A stretch of 40,347 bases of DNA, from the IMG/VR virus record IMGVR_UViG_3300049442_000178; one strand, 5' to 3'. A model generated the notes under the pieces. That model had not been told where the DNA came from, ran no database searches, and saw nothing but the letters and a program-made list of their open reading frames with translations. Shown here one piece after another: positions 34,455-40,347 of the stretch (position 1 is the first letter of the stretch; the number at the start of each line of letters is the position of its first letter). The stretch comes from a virus. The position numbers and the translations under genes are program-made.

Positions 34455-34903
34455 GCGCGTATGAGCCCCGGCCGAGGCCCAAGCCGTTCCGGCTACGCGC
34501 CCCCGTGGTGCCGGAGCAGGAGCTGCACGAGGCGGTGGCGAAGGCGCTGGCGTTCCTGGTGATCCCCCCGGCGCAGTGGACGACATTCCCGGCGGGCAGC
34601 GTGCCATTACCCCCCGAATTCGCAACGAAACTTTATCGCCTCGGCCTCGCCCGCGGCTGGCCGGATATCCTGCTGATACATCAGGGGCAGACGTTCGGGC
34701 TGGAACTAAAACGCCCCGGTGCTTCGCTGTCGGCCACAAGGACCGTCCGCACCAGGCGCGGCAGCCTGCGGGTGCTGATCGGCCAGCGGGACGTGCATCC
34801 GCTGCTCGAGGCGGCGGGGATGCGGATCGCCGTGTGTCACAGCGTAGACGAGGCAATCGACCAATGCCATGCCTGGGGAATTCCGATGCGAGGACATTCC
34901 TAG
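34451..34903 (+). CDS. VRR-NUC domain nuclease.
   Basis: GTGA overlap at 34451. PD-(D/E)xK-type GWPDILLIHQGQTFGLELKRPGASLS ... CHSVDEAIDQCHAWG is characteristic of VRR-NUC. Confidence 0.65.
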   Translation: MSAYEPRPRPKPFRLRAPVVPEQELHEAVAKALAFLVIPPAQWTTFPAGSVPLPPEFATKLYRLGLARGWPDILLIHQGQTFGLELKRPGASLSATRTVRTRRGSLRVLIGQRDVHPLLEAAGMRIAVCHSVDEAIDQCHAWGIPMRGHS

Positions 34904-34948
34904 GCCGTGGACGCCATGCGTGGGCTGCCGGTTCGTCCGGCGCACGCT

Positions 34949-35012
34949 GCCGGGGACGCTTCGCCCCCCGGCGCGGCGGTGGGGGCATAGCGTAGCCCAA
35001 GGGGCCCCCACC
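34949..35012. terminator. Two GC-rich hairpins in the gap between the convergent operons; candidate bidirectional terminators.
   Basis: Hairpin 1: GCCGGGG (34949-34955) / CCCCGGC (34966-34972). Hairpin 2: GGTGGGGGC (34978-34986) / GCCCCCACC (35004-35012). Neither has a U tract. Confidence 0.35.
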
Positions 35013-35022
35013 GTCGCAGCCC

Positions 35023-35205
35023 TCAGGGTGTGGCGTTTGGCTCATCCCCGTCGAGGATCGCCTGAGCCTGCTCGCGGATAGCCTCCAGCGTGCCATCGTA
35101 GCCGGCCTCCCCGTCCTCGCAGAGTTGGACGAGGCGGATGATGGCCTGCGCGCGGACCTGGGCGAGGCCGAGCAACCAGTCGGGATCACGGTCAGGATCG
35201 GTCAT
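35023..35205 (-). CDS. Hypothetical early protein (60 aa).
   Basis: ATG 35205 in ATGA overlap with the upstream gene. Acidic helical protein. Confidence 0.5.
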   Translation of the reverse strand: MTDPDRDPDWLLGLAQVRAQAIIRLVQLCEDGEAGYDGTLEAIREQAQAILDGDEPNATP

Positions 35206-35432
35206 GGCATGGCCCGGCGTCGCACCAGCTCGTGGGCAGCACCCTCCTCGTCCCATCCCCCGGCCCATAGCGGGGCGGCCTCGCGCAGGCTCATGAGAGG
35301 CTCACCAGAGGCCTCCAGGCAGGCATTGGCCAGTGTCCACCAGTCCATGTAGCCGCTGGCGCTGGCGAGGCGCTGGGCGGCCCTGGCGGCGGATGGGAGG
35401 CTGGCCAGCAATGGCCGGGGTCCGTGGCTCAT
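35202..35432 (-). CDS. Hypothetical early protein (76 aa).
   Basis: ATG 35432 in ATGA overlap with the upstream gene. Confidence 0.5.
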   Translation of the reverse strand: MSHGPRPLLASLPSAARAAQRLASASGYMDWWTLANACLEASGEPLMSLREAAPLWAGGWDEEGAAHELVRRRAMP

Positions 35433-35842
35433 GGCGCGTCGTCCTCGGTCAGGCCCGCACAGTCCCAGTGGCACTCATGGTTGCCAGCGCACCAGTCGGG
35501 ATCGGGGCAGCCGGCGGGGTAGCAGCTCCGCTGCCATGGCTCACGGGGCCGTGCGGCGCAATCAGCGGCGTATTCCTCTGGGGTGCGCGGGGTGCAGCCG
35601 CGGGCGATGTCACGCGCGCGGATGACGGCGTAGGGGACCGGTGCAATCGGCTCGCGGTCGGCGCTGTCAGCGGCAACGAGATCGGCAAATGGATCGGTGC
35701 TCACGGCCTCCACGATCAGCTTCGGGGCCGGTCTGTTGTTCCAGGATGGTCCGATGTCGGTCTGGCCAAGGCGCACGTCGGCGGGCAACGCATTGACGAA
35801 GATTGTGGTGCCGAGAACCTGGTTCGTGATGCGGAAGGTCAT
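35429..35842 (-). CDS. Hypothetical early protein (137 aa) with a Cys/His-rich C-terminus.
   Basis: C-terminus CAARPREPWQRSCYPAGCPDPDWCAGNHECHWDCAG has 7 Cys and 2 His, so it may bind metal. Confidence 0.55.
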   Translation of the reverse strand: MTFRITNQVLGTTIFVNALPADVRLGQTDIGPSWNNRPAPKLIVEAVSTDPFADLVAADSADREPIAPVPYAVIRARDIARGCTPRTPEEYAADCAARPREPWQRSCYPAGCPDPDWCAGNHECHWDCAGLTEDDAP

Positions 35843-35854
35843 GGCGTGATCCTT

Positions 35855-36070
35855 TCAGGCGTTGGCGGGGGTGCGGAGGAGGGCGGCGCAGTAGCCGGCG
35901 AAGTATTCAAGGCTGGTGACGGTTGCGACAGCGATCGCTTCAGCGGCCGGCTCGGTGGCGGGCTGGTAGTGGGCGGGGACGGTGGTGGCGTAGCCGGAGC
36001 GGTCGAGCAGGGCGAAGGCAAGGGCCACGGCCTCGCGCCGGGTGGGGGCGGAAGCGAGGGGTTGGGTCAT
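35855..36070 (-). CDS. Hypothetical early protein (71 aa); its N-terminus is paralogous to that of 36228..36440.
   Basis: Starts MTQPLASAPTRRE. TGATG overlap with the upstream gene. Confidence 0.5.
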   Translation of the reverse strand: MTQPLASAPTRREAVALAFALLDRSGYATTVPAHYQPATEPAAEAIAVATVTSLEYFAGYCAALLRTPANA

Positions 36071-36231
36071 CACGCGGCGTCCACGCGCACGACAAAGCCC
36101 TCAGCGTATTCGATCTGCTGTGCCTCTGCGACGGCGCGGCGCAGTGTCCGATAGGTGACGGGATGCACGCACCATCCGGACACCAGCGACCAGACCAAGA
36201 TTGCGTAATGATGGCGGCGGGTTGTCATCAT
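36070..36231 (-). CDS. Hypothetical early protein (53 aa); not in the supplied ORF track.
   Basis: My own translation: MMTTRRHHYAILVWSLVSGWCVHPVTYRTLRRAVAEAQQIEYAEGFVVRVDAA. It fills the gap exactly, with overlapping stop/start codons at both ends. Confidence 0.45.
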   Translation of the reverse strand: MMTTRRHHYAILVWSLVSGWCVHPVTYRTLRRAVAEAQQIEYAEGFVVRVDAA

Positions 36232-36440
36232 GCCGCCTCCACCAGCTTCATAAGCGCGTTGTTGCCGCCCCAGGTGTTGGTGCTGGAGGCGTCAACCACT
36301 TTCAGCGTCTGCCCATTCAGCAAGAAGGTGCTGCCGAGAACGATGCTGGGGCAGTCGATGCCTTGTTCGCGGAGCCACTTGGCGAGGCCGAGGCGGGTGT
36401 TCTTGCGCTGGGTGGGGGCGGTGGCGAGGGGCTGGGTCAT
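36228..36440 (-). CDS. Hypothetical early protein (70 aa).
   Basis: Starts MTQPLATAPTQRK. ATGA overlap with the upstream gene. Confidence 0.5.
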   Translation of the reverse strand: MTQPLATAPTQRKNTRLGLAKWLREQGIDCPSIVLGSTFLLNGQTLKVVDASSTNTWGGNNALMKLVEAA

Positions 36441-36655
36441 CGGCCCAGCCCTGCGTTGACGATGACCGAGCCGTCGATGAAGGCATCGAAGCGGGCCTTG
36501 CCGGCGATGCGGAGGGCCTCGAGGGCGGCGTCGTAGCGGGCCTGGGCGCCGGCGGGGACGCGCTTGTATTCGAGGGCGCGGCGGGCAGCGCGGAACTCGT
36601 GGCGGGCGGCTTCTTCGGCGGCTTCGAGGAGGCGGTATTCGGTGGGGCTGGTCAT
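36437..36655 (-). CDS. Hypothetical early protein (72 aa); first gene of the leftward operon.
   Basis: ATG 36655 with AAGGA upstream. Helical, Ala/Arg/Glu-rich. Confidence 0.5.
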   Translation of the reverse strand: MTSPTEYRLLEAAEEAARHEFRAARRALEYKRVPAGAQARYDAALEALRIAGKARFDAFIDGSVIVNAGLGR

Positions 36656-36683
36656 CGGGGGCGTCCTTGGTTGGTGTGACGTC

Positions 36684-36747
36684 GTTATACCGGGTGGTTT
36701 ACACCTTGTCAACACCTATTTACACCGGCCGCGAATTTATTTATTCT
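36684..36747. promoter_or_regulatory. Second divergent promoter region, with a direct repeat TTTACACC (36698-36705 and 36719-36726).
   Basis: Minus strand: TTGACA (rc of 36707-36712), 17 nt, TATAAC (rc of 36684-36689). Plus strand: TTTACA (36719-36724), 17 nt, TATTCT (36742-36747). Confidence 0.6.
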
Positions 36748-36770
36748 CCCCGCAGCAACGGAGAATGAAT

Positions 36771-36968
36771 ATGCCCAACCAACGCGCCAAGGATCGCACC
36801 TGTGTCGGAATGTGGATGCCGCACGCCGACCGAAAGCTGGTGGAGCGGGCAGCAGCCCTCGCACACCGCACACTCACAGACTACTCACGACTGGCAACAG
36901 TGGCGCAGGCGCGCAAGGACGTGGATCGCGCCACTCCCCGCCCGCGCCGGCCCGCCCATGCCCGGTAA
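36771..36968 (+). CDS. Ribbon-helix-helix (CopG/Arc/DUF1778-like) DNA-binding protein.
   Basis: GGAG lies 7 nt upstream. VGMWMPHADRKLVERAAALAHRTLTDYSRLATVAQARKDV fits the beta-strand, helix, helix pattern of RHH proteins. Confidence 0.55.
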   Translation: MPNQRAKDRTCVGMWMPHADRKLVERAAALAHRTLTDYSRLATVAQARKDVDRATPRPRRPAHAR

Positions 36969-37158
36969 TCCGTGGGAGCATCTCGACGAGTCGAGCGACG
37001 GCTGGCTCGATCGCATGGCAGTGCCAGGCGGCTGGATCTATCGGCAGGTCTACTTTACCGCGCCGTCCGGAGATGTCACCGCAACGGCGCTCGTGTTTGT
37101 GCCTGCTCCCGTCACCGAGGAACTGCCCCATGCCCACCGGGTCACGCCCGGTGGCTGA
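36958..37158 (+). CDS. Hypothetical protein (66 aa).
   Basis: ATG 36958 overlaps the 3' end of the RHH gene. Confidence 0.4.
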   Translation: MPGNPWEHLDESSDGWLDRMAVPGGWIYRQVYFTAPSGDVTATALVFVPAPVTEELPHAHRVTPGG

Positions 37159-37351
37159 TATCCCCGTCGACCCCGGACTGAGCGTGCGCACCGTCACCGA
37201 CCGGGACGGCTATCGCTGGACGCTCGTGGCCCTCGGCCCGGTGCCACGCCTCGTGGCCATGGGCGCCCGCGCCTACCCTACCGACTGGCAGGCGCGCCGG
37301 GCAGGGCAGCGCGTCGCCGTCGCTTACACCGTCGAGCTGGAGACGGACTAG
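37130..37351 (+). CDS. Hypothetical protein (73 aa).
   Basis: ATG 37130. Overlaps the previous gene by 29 nt. Confidence 0.4.
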   Translation: MPTGSRPVADIPVDPGLSVRTVTDRDGYRWTLVALGPVPRLVAMGARAYPTDWQARRAGQRVAVAYTVELETD

Positions 37352-37421
37352 GGCGAGGGGATTAGTGGCGCGCGGGCGGTGACAGGACTAGCGTCACAGC
37401 CCTGTAATCCGGGAGGCTCCC

Positions 37422-37652
37422 ATGCCCGTAGCACGCAATGACGACGCCGCTGCAGCCCGGGAGCCGGAGGACGGCTGGCAGGTCGTCGCCGACGCCACAG
37501 GCAGCCTCAACGTAATCCCCGTCGCCGACTGGGCAACGCACCGGCTGGGCCCGCTCTGCTGGTGCCGACCGGATCGGGACGATGACGTCATCGTTCACCA
37601 CGCCGCCGACCGCCGCGAGGAATACGAGGAGAGGCGCCGGCAGCCGTCATGA
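37422..37652 (+). CDS. Hypothetical protein (76 aa).
   Basis: GGGAGG upstream. The HRLGPLCWCRP...VIVHHAADRREEYE pattern recurs in small phage proteins I have seen. Confidence 0.5.
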   Translation: MPVARNDDAAAAREPEDGWQVVADATGSLNVIPVADWATHRLGPLCWCRPDRDDDVIVHHAADRREEYEERRRQPS

Positions 37653-37683
37653 AAAAACCCCGCCGGGTGGGAGCCTGGCGGGG
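37651..37683 (-). terminator. Hairpin with a run of 6 A on its plus-strand 5' side. It is a canonical intrinsic terminator only for leftward transcription.
   Basis: Stem CCCCGCC (37658-37664) / GGCGGGG (37677-37683). On the minus strand the stem is followed by TTTTTT. Confidence 0.45.
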
Positions 37684-37768
37684 CCTAGGCGGGACAGCTA
37701 ATTCAACATGGATAGCCGCCAAGACATATCACGCTTCCCGCCTCCCGCAACATCCACAGGAGGCATTC

Positions 37769-37978
37769 ATGCCGCATTTTATCGTCATCAAGGCCAATTA
37801 TCTCGCCGATCTGGTCGCCGGGGGCGTCCTGACGTTCAGCGAGGCCACGGATAGCCTCATGGCTGACGCTGTCGCCCGCGGCTGGTGCAATGACTATGCC
37901 CATGGGCTCCGCGCTGAAAACGTCCTGATGTCCGTCCTGGCCGGGGAGGCGGAACGGGCGCGGGAGAGAGCGCCGTGA
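37769..37978 (+). CDS. Hypothetical protein (69 aa).
   Basis: AGGAGG lies 6 nt upstream of ATG 37769. GTGA overlap with the next gene. Confidence 0.55.
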   Translation: MPHFIVIKANYLADLVAGGVLTFSEATDSLMADAVARGWCNDYAHGLRAENVLMSVLAGEAERARERAP

Positions 37979-39048
37979 AAGGCAATGGAGCAGACGTTCC
38001 GCCAACCCTCGCCCTCGCGTTCGGAGAAGACGCCGCTAAAGCCCCGGCCGTCGATTCCGCCGTCGTGCGGGGCCTGCTCCACGCAGGATCCATTACCCTG
38101 ATCTATGGCAAGCCCAAGTCGGGAAAATCGTTCCTGGCCACGCACTTGGCACTCGCTATCGCCGACAAAACACAGCGCCGCTGGATGGATCACGAGATCA
38201 AGCGACACGGACCCGTAGTCTATGTCGCGTGCGAAGGCCACGGCGGCTATTGGAAACGCCTGAAAGCAACAGGGCAATTGATCCCTGATCATTTCGTGCT
38301 GGCCACAGGGCGCCCGAAACTTATCATCAACCCGGATGCCGGCGGCTATGTCTGGGTGCCTAATCCAGCCGATGTCCTGGCGGCCGTTCAAGCCGTAACT
38401 GATAACACAGGGCCGCCAGTCGCAGTCTTTATCGATACCGTGTTCCGATCGTTCGGCGGCGCAGATGTCAATAGCAGTGCTCACATGAATGCCTACATCG
38501 CCGCCGCCCAGATCATCGCCGATCAGGGTATCGCCGTCGCACTCATTCACCACGCCACCAAAGGCACCGGCACCCCGTCAGGGAGCGTCGCACTCATGGG
38601 CGCTGCCGATACCCTCATCAGGGTCGAAGGCCGTGAAGACGGCACCAACGGATGGGAAGTCGAGCAGGCCAAGGACGATGCCACTACCACGTTGCGTGGC
38701 TTCAACCTCGAGACCATCGACGGCATCCAAGACGCCTTCGGAGACATCGTCTCATCCTGCCGCGTCGTTGATCTCGGCACCAGCATTGCCCAACCAGCGA
38801 AATCCAAGGGCGGCAGACCCGGCAAGGTGGATCGCCGCGATGCCGTGCTCGAACTGCTGCGAAGAATGGCAGCAGGCTCTGACGATGGTCGCGTTAACAT
38901 CATCGATTGGCGGGAACAGGCTTACAAACATGTCCTGGTAAACATCGATAAAACAGACACTAAGCTGAAAGCCTTCAATGCAGCCTTTAAGAAGATGATG
39001 GACGCAGACCAGATTACCGCAGACGGAGGATACATCACTCCATGCTAG
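37975..39048 (+). CDS. AAA_25 / RepA-like RecA-fold ATPase (putative replicative helicase or initiator).
   Basis: Walker A YGKPKSGKSF, Walker B VAVFIDTV. ALIHHATKGTGTPSGSVALMGAADTLIRV is typical of the RepA/AAA_25 family. Confidence 0.7.
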   Translation: MKGNGADVPPTLALAFGEDAAKAPAVDSAVVRGLLHAGSITLIYGKPKSGKSFLATHLALAIADKTQRRWMDHEIKRHGPVVYVACEGHGGYWKRLKATGQLIPDHFVLATGRPKLIINPDAGGYVWVPNPADVLAAVQAVTDNTGPPVAVFIDTVFRSFGGADVNSSAHMNAYIAAAQIIADQGIAVALIHHATKGTGTPSGSVALMGAADTLIRVEGREDGTNGWEVEQAKDDATTTLRGFNLETIDGIQDAFGDIVSSCRVVDLGTSIAQPAKSKGGRPGKVDRRDAVLELLRRMAAGSDDGRVNIIDWREQAYKHVLVNIDKTDTKLKAFNAAFKKMMDADQITADGGYITPC

Positions 39049-39131
39049 CCGGAAATAACCTGCCGGAAATAACCCCCGGAAGCCGGAAATACCCTTTCAT
39101 CCGGCGCCGGATGCACATGCCGGAAATAACC
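39048..39131 (+). repeat. Iteron cluster with 4 copies of GCCGGAAATAACC (39048, 39062, 39082 with one A missing, 39119) plus partial copies.
   Basis: Read directly. It begins at the stop codon of the ATPase gene. The palindrome CCGGCGCCGG lies at 39101-39110. Confidence 0.85.
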
Positions 39132-39173
39132 CCCCGGAAAAAACACTCTTAAGAGGTGTTTTTTTCCGGCGGG
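39131..39173. terminator. Long imperfect hairpin (stem of about 20 bp) with A6/T7 arms. Either a bidirectional terminator or an origin unwinding element.
   Basis: CCCCCGGAAAAAACACTC-TTAA-GAgGTGTTTTTTTCCGGcGGG. The pairing was worked out by hand, with two single-base bulges. Confidence 0.55.
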
Positions 39174-39224
39174 GGAGGTTGTTATTCCACGGCCTGGTAA
39201 GTGCAGCCGCCCAGTTTCTTCCGG

Positions 39225-39557
39225 ATGAAGCAAATCGTGACCCTCTCAGACGACATCGCAGCCGTGGCCCAAGCCCTCGAACGCGCCGAGCAAACAGCTC
39301 AGCCAGCACTCACCGCTTTCTGGGAAGCTCACCGCGAACTAATCCAACTTCACGCCAACCGAGCCGCAGGCGAACCATGCCCGAAACAGCAGATCATCAA
39401 TGCATACGATCGCAGACTCCACGCAGGACACGCCGCGTTCCCCTTCACCCAACCCGTTCGTATCCTCGCAGCCCAACTCCACGACCTGATCAAGGAACGT
39501 GACTACATATTGAAACAGGCCGTGAAACGGACTAAGCAACTATCATTGCTGGACTAA
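39225..39557 (+). CDS. Hypothetical protein (110 aa).
   Basis: ATG 39225 within ORF 39201..39557. Helical composition. Confidence 0.5.
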   Translation: MKQIVTLSDDIAAVAQALERAEQTAQPALTAFWEAHRELIQLHANRAAGEPCPKQQIINAYDRRLHAGHAAFPFTQPVRILAAQLHDLIKERDYILKQAVKRTKQLSLLD

Positions 39558-39565
39558 TGGGGACG

Positions 39566-39604
39566 GGACTATGCTTTCATAGTCCGTGTCTCATAGGATG
39601 AGAC
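39566..39604 (+). promoter_or_regulatory. Two tandem perfect hairpins immediately upstream of the start codon of the DUF5681 gene.
   Basis: Hairpin 1: GGACTATG-CTTT-CATAGTCC (39566-39585). Hairpin 2: GTCTCAT-AGG-ATGAGAC (39588-39604). The only SD-like AGGA (39595-39598) sits in the loop and 3' arm of hairpin 2. Confidence 0.6.
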
Positions 39605-40009
39605 GTGGGTGCTAGCAGCAAAATCAGCCGCAGAACACGCGGATCTTGGAAACCAGGCCAGTCCGGTAACCCGAAAGGACGGCCGCGAGCACCAGAAGAT
39701 ATCGCGCTCCTGTGCCGTATCCATACCGCAGAATGCGTCCAGACACTCGTCGAGACAATGCGCAGCAAATCGCACAAGGACCGCATTCCAGCCACCATGG
39801 CGCTGCTCGACCGCGGCTGGGGCAAGCCACGCCAGCAGCTCGAAGTCTCCGCCGACGCCGACGCCATCGGACTCCACCTCGTCGCCGCCCGCGCCTTCGT
39901 GGCGCTCGCCGAGGCGGCTGAGGCCAACGCGCCGCCGACGATCGACGCCGAGGCGGAGGCGCGAGTCCGATCGCCGGCTGCCCTCGACGCTCCGAAGCCG
40001 ACCGAGTGA
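39605..40009 (+). CDS. DUF5681-type protein; candidate terminase small subunit.
   Basis: N-terminal WKPGQSGNPKGRPRAP and LLDRGWGKPRQ motifs are typical of DUF5681 phage proteins, which often sit upstream of terL. Confidence 0.5.
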   Translation: MGASSKISRRTRGSWKPGQSGNPKGRPRAPEDIALLCRIHTAECVQTLVETMRSKSHKDRIPATMALLDRGWGKPRQQLEVSADADAIGLHLVAARAFVALAEAAEANAPPTIDAEAEARVRSPAALDAPKPTE

Positions 40010-40123
40010 TAGCGATACCATTGCGCCTATCGCCAGCTATTCAGGGTAAATATTGGGTAAATGCGGGGCTAAGCCATTGATAATGCTTACTCAAGGTCAG
40101 AGTATAGAGCCGGCGGTGGCCTG

Positions 40124-40347
40124 GTGAGTGTCCGTGCGGTCGGTCAGGGCTGGGAGAGTTGGGACGATCTGCGCTTGCGGGTGCGGGCCGAGGCGCCCCG
40201 GCGCGGCATGCGCATCACCGATGTCGGTCCTGCCATGGGCCGCAGCATCAAAGGCGTGGCCAATGCGCTCTACTCCCCCACGCCGCCCTCGGCCGCGCTG
40301 CAGGACGCGCTGGTGTGCTGGCTAGCGACCCCGGACCCCGCCCCCCC
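40124..40347 (+). CDS. 5' portion of the junction-spanning HTH/DUF4177-like CDS (continues at 128..356).
   Basis: GTG 40124 is the first start after the in-frame TAA at 40070. The frame is continuous with ORF 15..356 through the overlap. Confidence 0.55.
   Translation, partial: MSVRAVGQGWESWDDLRLRVRAEAPRRGMRITDVGPAMGRSIKGVANALYSPTPPSAALQDALVCWLATPDPAP
40221..40347. repeat. Terminal overlap, copy 2 (identical to 1-127).
   Basis: See copy 1. Confidence 0.95.

Noticed and set aside
40077-40108. Sigma-70 promoter TTGATA ... AGTATA/TATAGA upstream of the junction gene, and the GGGTAAAT direct repeat at about 40044-40062 as a pac site.
   Set aside because: The spacer would be 18-20 nt and the -10 match is poor. 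The 8-mer repeat is too short to interpret. I kept it only as a weak possibility.
1-40347. Integrase, CI repressor, excisionase, partition genes, tRNAs, or toxin-antitoxin pairs. The RHH gene plus its downstream ORF was considered as a TA pair.
   Set aside because: No tyrosine or serine recombinase motifs and no ParA/ParB were seen in any ORF, and I recognised no cloverleaf-capable segment by eye. The ORF after the RHH gene has no toxin-like motif. A tRNA scan by software is still advisable.

Overview
The window is one complete, circularly closed phage genome of about 40.2 kb, high GC. Bases 1-127 are identical to 40221-40347, and a CDS reads through that junction.

The gene set looks podovirus-like. 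There is no tape measure, tube or sheath gene. There are large internal-virion-type proteins, one with a lytic-transglycosylase (SLT) domain.

Layout:
- A rightward late block of about 29 kb runs from 40124, across the junction, to 28934. It holds an HTH/DUF4177-like gene, a PEP-CTERM moron, TerL, portal, scaffold, a DUF5309-type capsid, a LamG-type fibre, a beta-helix tailspike, a tail-collar fibre, a 686-aa protein made of 21-residue repeats, and the internal proteins.
- Four early blocks of alternating direction follow, driven from two divergent control regions at about 31.7 kb and 36.7 kb.
  - A leftward operon is headed by a 44-aa secreted Cys peptide and contains Erf.
  - A rightward operon encodes a Cro-like regulator, a PAPS-reductase-like protein, a GcrA-like protein, a C5-methyltransferase and a VRR-NUC nuclease.
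  - A leftward operon has 7 tiny unknown genes.
  - A rightward operon has an RHH regulator, small ORFs, an AAA_25/RepA-like ATPase, an iteron cluster, and a DUF5681 (TerS-like) gene.

The GcrA-like gene points to an alphaproteobacterial host. The PEP-CTERM tag points to a host with an exosortase.

I did not recognise an integrase, CI-type repressor, DNA polymerase, tRNA, CRISPR array or canonical endolysin/holin pair.

All family calls come from motif recognition by eye. No searches were run.

Most notable observations:
- The methyltransferase gene's coding signal moves into the +1 frame for about 450 nt and back.
- A secreted Cys-rich peptide sits next to a palindromic, face-to-face promoter switch with a leaderless Cro-like gene.
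- A perfectly phased 30 x 21-residue repeat protein shares a 13-aa motif with another fibre protein.
- The phage carries a PEP-CTERM protein.
- An iteron cluster plus a long hairpin lies after the ATPase gene.
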